DNA of 50,740 nt from NCBI GenBank assembly GCA_000165425.1, contig CT868065.1, positions 124,001 to 174,740 on the forward strand. The letters are read 5' to 3'. The position numbers and the translations under genes were made by a program. The stretch comes from Paramecium tetraurelia (Eukaryota). This document shows, piece by piece, positions 35,880 to 49,299 of the stretch (its first letter is position 1; every line of letters begins with the position of its first letter). The notes beneath the pieces were generated by a model. That model was not told the DNA's origin, searched no databases, and worked only from the letters and a program-made list of their open reading frames with translations.

Positions 35880-36642
35880 ATGACTCACCCGTTAAGAGTA
35901 GATGATTTTGTTGATGAACTTCGAAAATATGATAGAAAAGAAGACTTTATGGCAGTAATGAGAACTTACGAATAAAGGTATTCTAAAATTCGAAATTAGA
36001 TATTATGATTAATTTGAATAATTTGCAAATAACAACTTTCCGCCTGAGTTATAGAGATAACAAATGCCAAAACAAGAATAACTATTCAAGCAATAACCTT
36101 AATATTAAAAACCTCCGATTGTTCGCTCAAGTTCAGCAAATAAATTAGATTACTAAGATTAATACTAAATATTTCCTTAATAGGCAATTTAACAACCTTA
36201 AATACCTTAAAGACTACAATCAAGAGGTGAAATTTAAGATCCTTTTAAGAGACCATAAGAGCAATTTGACAATCGATTAAGTCCTGTTGCCTAATAGGAT
36301 CCCTTTAGAGGTTTAAATAAATAGCAATATATTACGCAACAAAGAAACCCTGCTTAGATTCCAACTCAATAAGTGCCATTTTCCCCCTTTCTAGGTTAAC
36401 CTGTAACAAATAATGCTTAATAAATTGGTCTACCTTTTGGAAACTAGGTTGGAATTCCAAACAACAATCCACAGTTCCAAAATTATGGAGCTTAATAACA
36501 CTAGTTTTATGAACAACCAATATATTAATAATAGCAAACTATATCATACCCAAAAACAGGGACAAACTAATAATAGTAAATGGATGCCTTTCTTAATGAT
36601 ATAAGATCTTAAAGGATACAGAAGTAATAGTAATACAAATGA
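35880..36642 (+). CDS. Hypothetical Q/P-rich, largely disordered protein
   Basis: MTHPLRVDDFVDELRKYDRKEDFMAVMRTYEQR, intron 35978-35999, open code-6 frame to TGA 36640-36642. Confidence 0.75.
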
Positions 36643-36770
36643 AATTTAATACTTATTAATATTAAATATGTAAATGATAAAATATGAAAATCTCATTATG
36701 AAATAATTAAAACATGGAAGGAAAATGAGAACTTATACTGATAATGAAGTATATATAAAATATTCCATCA

Positions 36771-38239
36771 TCAATTATGCACTTCCGTGCTTAATCTTTT
36801 AATTGGTGGTAGTACTTGGGATAATCGCTTAAATGACTGTGTTTCATTTCTCCTTGATGTTTATGGCAGGATAGCATTACTTTTGGATTTTAAAGATGCT
36901 CTTGGTTTTTATATGGATAAAGCAACAGGTTTTTTATAATCCTTAAATAATGGACATCCATATTCATCATATTCAACTTGCATAACAGGATGATTTAACA
37001 CTTCCGAACACGAAATCCTTTGGTCAGGTTTTGGATTCAACATTTTCATAAGTAGATTTAATACTAAAATAATAAAAGAGGCTTACATTATCTATTTCCG
37101 AAACAATCATCTAGCAATTTATTCATGTTTATGTTACATTCTTTATTTAATTACTTTAAATTGTTTCCTGAAAAGAGTGGTTTTGTAGTAGTTCTAAATA
37201 GATTAAATTTAATACAATTCATAAAGTAAGCATCCTAAACTAAATACGTCGCATTTCTCATTATATGATTTAGATTTGTCTTCCTCACATATAAAGATCT
37301 CTGGTGCCATATAACCATAGGATCCACAAAATTAATAAACATTAAGTTATTTTTAAATTGTGGAAGAAACTCCAAAATCGCTTATTAATGGACTGTCTTA
37401 GGCTGATAAACCAAATTACTTAAGGGAGACTGGTTTTCTAAAAAGAATATTCCCTGGTTTTATGTCTCTATGCATCAAACCTTTCATTCTATTATTTTTA
37501 TACCTATATCATGCATATATTTGATTCCTTCTACAATTTATCGAAAAATTACTTTCACAGTTAGAAATGGCAATGGTTCTTCTAACTTTTTTATTGCTTA
37601 ATCTAAGTTGCCACCTCTACATAATTCAGTGATTAAGTAAATTTGAGCTTTTTTTTCAAAAACATCATACAATTTTAATATATTTTGATGATTCATATAT
37701 TTCATTACTTTTACTTCATTGTCAATTTATTCCTACTATAAATTATATTATTACTCTCCATTATGTTGGATCTTGTAACATGAGCATTTTTTTAAGAAAT
37801 GCTTTAATTGCTACTTTAGTACCGTCAGCCTTTGATTTTCCAATATAAACGCTGGCAAAACTACCACTACCAATTAATTTTTCAATTTCATAATATTTTT
37901 GGTAATCCATCAGTGGTAATTTCTATTTTAGAAAGATTTCCCACATCCCTGGTTATTCAATAAATTAATATTCTATCGGTTTAGATAATAAGTCAGTCTC
38001 TAACAATAGGGAATTCTGTTATTTGTTTGATTTAATTTAAAAACGCAGATGGCTGCTTAAAGAAACCATTTTTACACCTTTGTCAGACTTTAAATAATTT
38101 TGTAAAATTTTACAGTTCGATAAAGTTTTGAATCAGATAGGATTAGAGTAATTTTCCTTCCATTTTTAGTAAGGAATCTGGAACTAATTATTCCAGTTGG
38201 TACATCATAAGATTTATTGAAGAGCTTAATAATTTGCAT
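36771..38239 (-). CDS. Ser/Thr protein kinase (CAMK-like) with a PH-like N-terminal region
   Basis: IGSGSFASVY, VAIK, HRDIKPGN, SDFG, GSYGYMAPE, CDVFSLG, RISCSEVLNHP; several tiny introns. Confidence 0.9.
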
Positions 38240-38299
38240 ATAAATTAATCAATTAAATAAAATTTTACTAGTGATATATAAATCGTAATCATTATTGAT

Positions 38300-40790
38300 A
38301 TTCACAGAATTAAAAAGTTATATCTTTTACATACCAACAAATTGACAAATTATTAAAATCCCTTTAGGTACTATATAAAGCTTCTAAAAAAGTTGGTCTT
38401 TTTGTAGGATCTTTATCCCAACATTTAATCATCAACTCTTTCAAAAATGGAGGACCCCCCAGTTTATATTAAACTAAGATCAGACCTTCCGTTATCTACT
38501 GTTACTAATTTCATGATAGCAGATGGATTAGTGGAAAATTATTTATTTATATGGAGTTTCTCTCAACATATTTCCTATAAAACTATCTAAATTTCATAAG
38601 AACTGAATTTTTTACTGCCTATGAATAGACACCAGCTTTTATTGTATATGGAAGATTTTAAAACACTTCTGGAGCATCCAATTCTATTGTTATATATATA
38701 ATATAAAAAAGTTCCCAAAACACCTGTCATTTATTCACCATTATCTGCTTGCGCTCTAGCCAAACCAAAGTCTGCAATCTTAATATTTATTCTATTTGAA
38801 TCGTAGGTCTATTCAAGTAATTTACTACTCAATATAAAATTTATATACTTTAATATCTTAAGGTCTCTATGTATTAATGGAGGATTCAATTTGTGTAAAT
38901 GAAGCATTCCATCAGCTAATTGAATTGCCATTTTTACCCTTAGTTACCAATTTATTGCTAAGTGTTTGTTTTACACAACAAGTCAAAGAGTGTTCCTCTA
39001 GCACAATATTCTGCTACATTATATAATTCATCTTCTTTTTATGAGATTCCCAAAATCTATACAAAATTTGAATGTCATTATATAGTCACTAAAGCTCAAA
39101 TTTCTCCTCTAAACTCTTTTAAATGATCCTCATTTAATCATTTAATCTTCATCTTTTTTAAAGCAACTTCTCCGCCTTTCCAATATCCTTTATTTACAGT
39201 ACAACTACTTCCTGTTCCTTTTAGAGTTCTAACTTCAATTAATCATGGTTAAACATCCACTCCGAGACATCTAAGAATTAATAAATAAATCTCTTTACTT
39301 TTGCATTATTTATGAAAATAATCAACAATTTAAAAGCCGTTCGATTAGGGTTGATCAATTTTATCAAAGACCAAAGATTTCTAAATTTAGTTTAGAATTG
39401 GCTGATTAAATTCTTAGATTTTACACATTTTATTTAATTTGATTATTTTGCTTAGTTCTCAAATTTAAAAACCCCTCATCATTTAACAATACTTTGGTAA
39501 TTAAACATTTTAATTAGATAATGGAGCTAGTATTTTTGTTTGTTAAAATTCAATTGGTTTGTTGAGTAATTGTTCAGAATCATCATCTTCATTTTATTAA
39601 TCGTTCATGATATGATGATGATTATCATCAGATAAATTCAATCCTTCTTATTCTCTTTGTGATTATTTATTAGATTGATTTTTCTTTAACTCTGTATTTT
39701 TAACATTTATAGATTCTTTTTAATTGTCAATCATTTAATCCTTCCAAGACTATTATTTATTATTGTATCATCTAAATTTTTTAGAGAGAGGCTACTGCTT
39801 TTATAGGATATGATTTTGACTTATAATTTGAAGGTTCTAATTCAACTACTTCTTCATATTTTACTACTTAATTGCTTAAGAAATCATATATATTATATTC
39901 CCCTCTTGTGGCTTAAAATAAGGGCACTTTTTTTAGAGTCACGATAGTCTGTTAAAAGTTTATTCAATAATCAACTTGCAATGCATGAAAAGCTTATTTG
40001 ACTACACTACTGTAAGTAGATTCTCCATTGATATAATTAGTACTTTACTTCAAGGCATAAAAGATATGAGTAAATACAGAGAATATTGTATAATTCATCT
40101 GCCATAGCAATTGCAAGACCTAATTATAAATTAATTAAATGCTATTCCTAAAATTATATGTTGGTAGTGAAGTTTAATAATTTTTCCATAAGTTCATCAT
40201 GTTGCTTAATCTTACTACGCTTAGTCTTTGCTTTTACATTCCATTCTTATTATTGAAGAATGGAATCATAGCATAATTACCTTCAAAGACCTTAGATAGA
40301 ATTTATGAAAATTCACTTTCTCCAATAAAATATTTGAATAAGAATACAATAAATTTGTAAAAAAATTAAGTTCTAGTTTTATCTTTAGAGCTTTTCATTT
40401 ATTTTTATTCCTAAAAATTTTTGATAAATTTCCAAAATAGCATTTGGAGAAAATGTTTAATGTTAAAGGATAATAGTTTCTTATGGACCTTTTTTTACAT
40501 AGTTATGTATTAATTGCAACGCTTTAAATGCTATTATCACAGATTTAGCTAGATTCGATTTGATAATTTCTCATAAAATTTAGGAATTTTTTCTTTCTTC
40601 TACCATGCTTTACAATGAAGATATCTGAAATATTGTTAACAAGGAGCTGCGTCAACTTCTTCTAAACACACAGCCACCCAAAAATCGGTCTTTTTTAAGC
40701 CACTTTACTGACTAACTTTACTAATCTTGTTGAAGATTATGGCTATTAAAAGTCTTTAAATTCAAATGAATGACTTGTATCTGTTTCTTT
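38300..40790 (-). pseudogene. Pseudogene of a TKL/Raf-like kinase with an N-terminal ANTH/ENTH-like domain
   Basis: Kinase motifs GTGSSCTV, VALKK, PPLIHRDLK, KIADFGLAR and GVLGTF are present. There are three in-frame TGAs at 39075-39140, a frameshift near 38970, a splice donor mutated GT->TT near 38706 and a 1-nt deletion in WMAPE near 38675. The N-terminal part has VIIAFKALQLIHNYVKKGP. Ends are approximate. Confidence 0.88.
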
Positions 40791-41397
40791 ATTTTAATTA
40801 ATTGTCTCTCTATTCAATATCTCATTATTTGATTAGCTTCTTAGATGGATCTATTATTACACTCCACTATAAAAGTATTATATTAAGCCTTACTTATATT
40901 ACATAATAATAAGAAATTAATATATTTTCTATTTATTCAGCTGATATTCTATCCTTCTGGATTATTGACGAGTAATTATTTGATTAAACTTTTTAATTTC
41001 AAACTATGTACACCCCATTAAAAATTATATAAATAAACTTATACTTTCCTTCCCAATTAGGAATTTAATCATATCGGACTTTAAATATCATATATATCCA
41101 CTTTGTTAGTGATTGGCAATCTTTGAGAGAAATCTTTTATTCTGGAGCTCTTACATGTTCAAAAGCGTTCATTTCAATTTCTTCTTTGATTGTTCCCAAA
41201 TATTCATTTGGTATTTGCTCATATTGCTTATTAGAATTTGAGATATACTTAGAAAAAACAGCGTTAAAAATTCCGTAATTATGCTTGCTTGTCTTATCCA
41301 ATTAAAATATTTTATGGTCTGATACAGTGAATAGATTTATTATTTATATATTTTAAAAAAGGAACAGATCATTTCAAACCTAAATCTCATCATTAGT

Positions 41398-42076
41398 ATG
41401 AAAACAAATTTAATGTTTAGAAAAATCATAATATAATAATATCAAAATCATAATTATATCTAAACAGATATTTATTAATCTAACATATAATATTATTACA
41501 TAGTTTGGAAACACCAAAGAAGATGTTAAAAGTTATTATAAGTTTGTAAAGTATGAAGGATTAGAATTAACCAGTGTCAGGTGTTAAGTGACTAATTTTA
41601 AGTCAAAAATTTAAAAAGATTCTTTTAACTTCTTTTATTAATATTTAAAAGTTGAAAAATATTTACAAAATATTAGTTTTAGAAAAACATAAGAACAAAG
41701 AATAAGATTAAGAATTGGAGACAATTTTATGATAAATTAAACTTTAAGACATGTGAGAAGAATCTTATTGAACTTGATAAAAGATTACATCATTAAAGAA
41801 GGTGAAGGGGTATATAGGAATGAACTACATTCTATAGAAATTTATTTTACCAGAATTAAAGTAGCTGAGCTGATGAGTTAATTAAACTTAAGAGAGAAAA
41901 TAATTTTCAAAATAAGCCTAAAGATATGTTTAGTTAAAAATCTTTTTCTTAATGTTATTAATTATACACTAAGATATCAATTAGTTAAAATGAATATGTC
42001 ATCCATATTAAATGCACCTTTCAAGAAAAAGTAAAAATATAACTATTAAATTAACATACTTATAAAAATACAGTGA
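41398..42076 (+). CDS. Possible hypothetical protein or remnant
   Basis: About 226 codons from ATG 41398 without a TGA in code 6; no recognisable motif. Confidence 0.3.
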
Positions 42077-42125
42077 TCAATATGTGGAAGATTTAAAAAT
42101 TATGATTTAAATTTATATAAGTATA

Positions 42126-43486
42126 TCATTCATCCTAAAATTTTGCTGATTAGGCTTGCTATTCGTATGAACTATATCCTGAATTTCTTAACTAAGAAGG
42201 TAGCAAAATATTAAACGATGCTTAACTTTAAGACTATGATTACGAAGCTTCTATTAATAGATGCTATATTTATTTACCTTGAATAATTCTATTCACTGAA
42301 CTTGGATGATTGTGATATTTAATTGTACTGGGTGAAGTAGCTCCCTAAATATAAATCTAAGTAGATTATATTATTACTTGCTTTAATCTCTCTTAAGAAA
42401 AAATCTTTTATTTTTCAAGTTCCTTTAGAAAGACATTAAATATTTCTGATTTATCATTAATTTAATTTAAGGTTATTAAAAGTACAGAGAGTATTTTCGA
42501 ACAATTAACAGTTTAAAACAATTCAATCAAAATATTTCTCATTGATGCACTGAAATCATACTATTAATTAGTATTATAAGGAAATATCTTCTAGATTTCT
42601 TCAATTAATTCTTATTATTGAATATTGCAATATTTTCCAAAATAATAAATAGTGAAAATGTGCACATCATTTATTATGATCTTTTGCCTTTCAAAATAAA
42701 CAAAGTCATTTATTGCATTATATAAAAAAATTTGTCTTTTTTTGATTTGTGATAATAATAATATTAGGATTACTAGCGAAACACTTCTAAATAGTTTTTG
42801 TAAAATGATCCCCCTATTTAACTTTCTCATAGTTGCATAGATTTATAAAGATACCATCATTTGACTCAAATGTTCCTCCTAATTATGTGAATTCTCCATT
42901 TATGATCTCAATTTTATTTTATAAATCATATTAAACAACATTCTGGTAACCCAAAGTCGCATTTTTAGTGTTTGCTTCAATAGAAGTAACAAATATTCCG
43001 GCGATGGCAAACTAAAAAGATAGTAAAACAGTCTACTTATATTGAATGCTGATTAAATTATGAGTTAATTTCGAGCATATAATCAGTTTCAATACATCTT
43101 TTAGCTATATATTTACAAAGCTAAAGAGGTGCTATATATCTAAAATTTAGATCATATTTGATCGTCTTCTAATAATATAAATCAAAAATGTTCTTATGGT
43201 TAACTTTATAGTCATCCTCTGGATAAGTGAATTATTTCTGAGTTTTCTTGCAAATGTATAATAGTTTTTGTTAGAAGTTGGTTTGAAATTCAAAATTATC
43301 ATGAGAAATTTAAGCAAGTAATACCTATAAGCTTGAATTTCTTGAGAGATTAGAGGTTTATATATAATGATTTTAAACAATAACTGAACTCCCATTGGTG
43401 TCTGAAATCTATTATTTATCATGATCATTTGGATGGTGGTCATCGCTATTGCATTGACATAATAATTTTGAAAAGAATTTTTTCAT
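42126..43486 (-). CDS. Divergent TGS1-like (RNA cap guanine-N2 methyltransferase fold) protein with an apparent 1-nt frameshift
   Basis: KNIFDLYYQKTIKYDLNFRYIAPLQLCKYIAKRC; HSIQ|FAIAGIFVTSIE; NVVQYDLQNKIEIINGEF; NPNIIII; FERQKIIINDVHIFTIYYFG. These blocks are collinear with the TGS1 catalytic domain. The frame changes at the T7 run 42737-42743. Confidence 0.65.
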
Positions 43487-43511
43487 TTATTTATAATAAA
43501 AGTATATTTAT

Positions 43512-44923
43512 TCATTTATTATCTATCTTATAGATAAGATTTTCATTTGCTTTTATTAATTCTTCCTACAACTAAGATGTTTATTTGAGATTTTCTTTAA
43601 GCGAATTAAATCCACTATTGATTTCTTCCAATTAACTTCCCAAAGCTCTTGCTGCAACATATTTACGAGTGGTTAATTTTAATTGAATAGCATATTTTTT
43701 CATCTTTTTACTCATATCCGTAAATTCATCTTCAGTCAAATCAAGATGTCTAGAAAATGAGTGATAAATACCTTTTTGCATAATGCATACGACCAAATAT
43801 GGTTATAATCATTGCTGCCTCCTATTGCATTTATTTTTTTAAACTCAAACGATCAATTAAAATGACAACCTTGTTTTCCAATGTAGTTAAATATGATTCA
43901 TTTGTGATGATCACAATCATGGAGGACACAACAAAGTTTCCCAATATACAAACTACACTCATTACTAAACGTCCTAATAATGTTCTGGTATAATAATCAC
44001 CATATCCCAACTAAAATTTAATATAGAAAATACAGTAGTGCTTGTAACTATCACACACCACATGGAATTAGCATAACTACTAAAATCATTGCTGCTAACA
44101 TCGATTCTATTTAAAGGACTCTCACATATTCTTAAACAATAACCAAATACAAATATTAGAAGAATCATAGCACTATAATTCACTGTGAATGGCTAATTTC
44201 TATTCATTGATTTCTAATTACCTCATTAGAGATTTTATGGTGAACATATAATCAGCTTAACTGGCATATAAACTGCATACTCGGTCAGTTCTATTAGAAT
44301 GCCAATATGAATTCAATAAGGTTGTTCGAATAAAGAATATTACTCGAAACGCTAGAGTCAAACAAAGTAATTCATTTGCATAATAATATACCTATAATAT
44401 TTAAGTATGGTTTACATCTCCTTCAACAAAATTATTAGTAAAGTAGAAACTAATACTATCTAAAAAAGGTAAGGGAGATGCGGCAATAATGATTATTTCC
44501 ATCAACAACTCTACATGCTCCTTTGTAAATCCACTATACACATCTCCTTTACTCTCTCTCCATTTGAGCTTTGCTTGATTTCTAACTAAGGCCAGTCCCA
44601 TTAATATTAAATTTGATATAAAAATCACCCACAAAATCACTAATCTTGCTTCCTGTTATTAATCATAATGAATTAATTCTAAAGTAATCACCGTTAATCC
44701 AGTCCCAATTAAATTAAAAACAAAAAAGCTCAAATCCAACATCCTAAAACTGAATTGACTTTAACTAAATCAAATACCGTTGAAAATATAGATTAGTCAC
44801 TCTGCCATCTTCCAAAGAATCACCTGAAGATTCTAGATCGAAAAAAGGGGTCTTATTTTAGATAGGTTCTTATGGTTAATTTGCTTATGTATTAAGACGT
44901 TCTTGATCTGGCTGTGTCTGCAT
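43512..44923 (-). CDS. SK/KCNN-like 6-TM potassium channel
   Basis: Six hydrophobic helices; FTIKSLM, FGYCLRICESP, pore helix YANSMWCVIVTSTT|LGYGDYYTRTLLGR, calmodulin-binding-like QQEAAMII segment and C-terminal coiled coil. Confidence 0.9.
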
Positions 44924-45199
44924 TTAATTTAATTAAAATTAATAAATATAAACTCGTTGCAAGTATGGTTGACTTCACATTAATTATATTTCTAAGAATT
45001 TAAATCCTACCTTTTTTGGAATATTACTTAGAATTACTAGTAGTTTACTAAATATTAGTATTTCTAATCGTAGATTCAAAATTAAAAATGAACTAAAGTA
45101 TTTTGAATATCTCCTTTATTAATTTGAATTGGTAATCATATTTATTTCAAAATTTTATTATACTAGATTCTAATGTTAGATTTCAAATAATTTTTATAA

Positions 45200-45685
45200 T
45201 CAAATTAATTTCAAATCCTCAAGGTAAGGGATGATAATTGAACTAAATGGTTAATCAGGTCTTTCTAAGAATTTTAGATGCATTTCTTCAATATTTAAAT
45301 GTTCTGAATCTATCAATGTATAATCCCTTCTGCCTACTTATTGAAGTTTGATTCTTTTCAATTCATTTTACTTCATCTCTAATTCAATTACAATTCCATG
45401 TTCTTATAATTTAATAATAATCAAATCCTTATCTTCATCATAATAAAGATCCTTGATCACTCTTGTCAATGAATTAGTCAAAGCCAATGTAATTTTGTTT
45501 AATTAATCATTTTGAATTTTGGCATTTTATTTCTAAATTTGAGATTATTGTTCATCCATTTAATTTTTCTATTGCTTAATACACATTTATTCATCATCTA
45601 TGAACTATTAAATCCTAAATTCTGCTTCATAGACTTATTATCTTAAAGTATTAAATTCCTCAATCATTTCTTATATGACTTACAT
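45200..45685 (-). CDS. Intronless 161-aa protein: N-terminal coiled coil plus small globular (possibly RWD-like) domain
   Basis: ATG 45685 (MQVIQEMIEEFNTLRQQVYEAEFRIQQF), open to TGA at 45200-45202. Confidence 0.7.
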
Positions 45686-45719
45686 TATTAAATTTGAACA
45701 AAATAATTATTAAATTTAT

Positions 45720-46490
45720 ATGAATAATCTTAAATGCTAATCCTGTTTCAAATTTATTGCAATTGTACGATGCAAAGAATGTGACATCAATACTTGTTTC
45801 AACTGTGATGAAAATCTTCATTAAGATAAGAAGGATACTCATTGCAGAACAACTATTTCATTCTAATCTCAATCAGCAAATTAACCTTAAGACGAGAATC
45901 TAATAGAAGTTATAAAGCAAAAGAAAAAACAATTACATGAATTGAAGGAAAAAGAATCTCATTTGACTAAACACTATTAGGATAGAATGATATCAGCCAA
46001 GAAGAAATATGAATTACAAATTTCAGCCTTAGAGAATAGATGTATAGTTAATAGTATATGTAGTGCAATAGGCTTAATAATTCATGAATGAAGTCAGTCA
46101 AGAAAATGGGGAAATTGATGTAGATAATATGTAGAGTGAATTGGAGAATTTAGAAAAGAGTTTGAAAACAGAAATTAAATTAGCGGAAGAAGAATAAAAG
46201 AAATTGGATGAAAAAACTTTAAAAGTTGATACTTTGTTAGATAGAGTTAAAAAGGCTACAGACATAGAACAATAACAAATATCTAAAATGAATGAAGTTA
46301 TATAAATCTTTAAGGCTTGTTCAGAATAATTACAGAAAGAAAAAGTAATTATTGTGATCTATTTAAGGATCTATTGATGCTTGATAATGAAAAATTGATT
46401 GGAGAAGTAGAGATCTTTGCTAAATTCTTCGATGAAAATGGACCCTTGATGGAAGAATTAAATGCCTAAAAGAATAATGAATAATAATGA
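45720..46490 (+). CDS. B-box zinc finger plus coiled-coil protein
   Basis: MNNLKCQSCFKFIAIVRCKECDINTCFNCDENLHQDKKDTHCR followed by long heptad repeats; two tiny introns; TGA 46488-46490. Confidence 0.85.
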
Positions 46491-46508
46491 AAATTTATTT
46501 TTGTTAAT

Positions 46509-47633
46509 ATGAGTAAAGGTGACAAGTCTCAAAATATTTTCGATTATAAGGCTGAAACTCTTGACTATTGGAAACAAACTATTGAAACATTATAACTATC
46601 AATGCAATTCGATGTAACATCTTCATCCAAAATAGGAAAAATACAAATTCATTGCTCCAACTCTTATTGAACATGTATTGGCCACTCTTCAATTAATGAT
46701 TCAAGTTAAGGGTCAGTATAGCGAAGATAGTTTCATTATTGCTCTCTCCAAATATGCAGTATTACATTTATCTCATCTCAGGAATTCTAACAAAAAAATG
46801 TTAAGAAATTCATGACTTCATTTGTCAATTCATTTTAGTTGTTACTGAAGGGAAATCAAGAAATCTGCTATTTTACAATTATGTTGAGTCCTACTGAATT
46901 AGTCAAAGCAAGTTCTGATCAATTCTCGTTTTACCTCAAGTTAAGAAAATACATCTATGCCAACTTTATTAATGAAAGAGAAACCAAAGTAAAACCAATG
47001 AACTTTGGTATATTCTTTAATTATTTTAGATTAATGGGTTTCTGTTGTCTCTAAATAAATGGATAATTCTGCCATCAGTCTTGTTGGAAATAGAATTAGA
47101 GAAGAAGCTGACGAAAAATCCAAAGATAAAATTCTTAAAAATAAGTAATTTGCTATTCTCAATTATACTTAGTGTAAGACCATTTGACCTACTAATTTAT
47201 TGTTATGAGTTATAATCTTAAAGGCTGTAACAATAACCATAATAAAGGTAATTAGCCACATTTTCACCTTCATAACAAAAAGATGAAGAAGTGCCTTAAA
47301 AATCAACTGTTTAACCTGTGCAACAATAACAATAGCAAAAACAAAAATAATAAAAATAAACTGATCTCTAGGCCAAAATGAAAGAAGTAGTCTTAATACA
47401 TGAAAACCTTGCATCTAATTATAATAAATTAGCTAATTTTGCCTAATAGACTTAAGCCAAACTATCAAAGGCATTAAATCAAGTAATAATTACAACTATT
47501 TTAGATTAAATAAGGATAATAATTAGATGAAACTGAAATACAAGATCTACAAAATATCTTGAAGTTTAAGGATTTCTTACAAACTGATCCAGAATTAACA
47601 TTAAGAAATAGCGGAGTTTATGAATTCTTTTGA
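46509..47633 (+). CDS. Hypothetical protein with Q-rich linker and C-terminal coiled coil
   Basis: ATG 46509; five GTA..AG introns of 22-28 nt restore a continuous frame; ends RNSGVYEFF-TGA 47631-47633. Confidence 0.75.
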
Positions 47634-48177
47634 TATTTTATTCTTGGATGTAATTATAATATATTAATCAATTTGTATATCACTTAATCAAGTTAAGTTT
47701 TCTCCCAAATACTTTCATTGATCTTGAATCCCTTTATAGTAGTAACAATTTTCTAATCATTTTGAGTGATAGTACTCAGAAATACTGACTTAATACTATG
47801 TTTATTGATGTTGAACTAAGAATTTATTTCCCACCGTGATATTTCATGTAAATTGATTTTGGTATTTGAAAATAAATGCAAATCAAAAGTATATACTTTG
47901 AGATAAATTGATGGTATTTAATACAGTTAATTTGATAAAATATTATTATTTGTTCTTGGACAAATTGAATTTTATTTCCGCGTCTACTATTTACATAAAT
48001 AGGAGAAATTTTAAATTTCTAGTTTTTTAAGAAATTGGCAAAATTAAATAATAATATTTAATCAATAGCCTAGCTAATGACAATGATTTATCATAAAGAT
48101 TATTATTATAATATTTAATTGCAATAGAGGTGAGTAATATATAAGGAAAACCTTATGGATACATTATTAAAAAAAAA

Positions 48178-49075
48178 TCAAAGCTCAAATCCAAATTCTG
48201 AAAACTATCCCATCAATTGTAATGAATTTTGATAAGAAGTAATTTGTTCTTAATCAAATTCCATTCTTCCAAGAGGTGTAGGGGAAAATAAATATTGATT
48301 ACTTTAATCTGCTATCTCACTTATAACTTAAGTTGATTAGGGATCCTCTTGAATAGATTGTGGGAACTATTATTATAATATTAGATCGAAGCCAATTTCT
48401 AAATAATCTATTATTGATACTTACTTGACTCTTATTTCATTCCTTTTACTAGATAGATGAGATTTTCAATAAATTATTTACATAGATTTTCACCTTCTTA
48501 TGCTAAAGAATGCTGAGTCTTACAATAATTAAATAAAATTACTTAAAGAAACAATTTCATGCTATTTTTAATTTTAATTTAATATTAAATTGAGGAAAAG
48601 AGTTTTTGTTGAATCTTTACTTATTCACATTAAAGGGCTTTCATTTAATTCGGCAACTCATTTTCTTCAAAACTACAACAGTTAAAATCATTTTATTTTT
48701 CTTTTTTATTCTTTTTTTTAAATATGTTTCTCATAAGAACTTGTTATTTCGCAAAACTTGGATGATAATATGTGATAGCTCCTTATTCATCTTTACTACT
48801 TATAAATCCATACAGATTTAGTTATCTAATCATATATAAAGTTATTCTCTAACCTCAAGAAGCTTGCATAATTGGCATGTTTAAAATGTTGAGGCAGAAC
48901 CAATTCTTATAATAGTTCTCTATCAAGAATTTGAATTTTCACTCCATCCTCATCCCATCTTATAATATCCCTGTTCTTATTTTGCTAGGCAAATATATTA
49001 TAATTTTACTTTTAACATTTCATATGTGACTTCAATGAATTTAATTCCCTTATGTTTAGCATTTTTTTTAAGCAT
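48178..49075 (-). CDS. HSF-type DNA-binding transcription factor
   Basis: KFIEVTYEML..IIRWDEDG..LVLPQHFKHANYASFLRQLNLYGF..YYHPSF, followed by a heptad region; four tiny introns; TGA at 48178-48180. Confidence 0.9.
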
Positions 49076-49299
49076 TTATCAAAATGATTAAAATTTAAGG
49101 AGAAATTGGAATTCTTAAAAACTAAATATATAAAAACAATTTGAATTATGGATATATATAAATAATGTCCATGGAAAGAATATATTTAGAATAGTATTTT
49201 AACCTAAACCCTTTAGCCTTCTAATATTTTGATATAAACATATAATATTAAACCAAATAAATGAAAATGAGTCAAATATTATTAAAAAGTTAAAAATTG

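Noticed and set aside
39070..39140. In-frame TGAs in the TKL kinase as selenocysteine or readthrough
   Set aside because: They are accompanied by frameshifts and a dead splice donor, so ordinary pseudogenisation explains them.
47883..47901. Near-palindrome tcaaaagtatatactttga
   Set aside because: Short and almost entirely A/T; expected by chance at this base composition.
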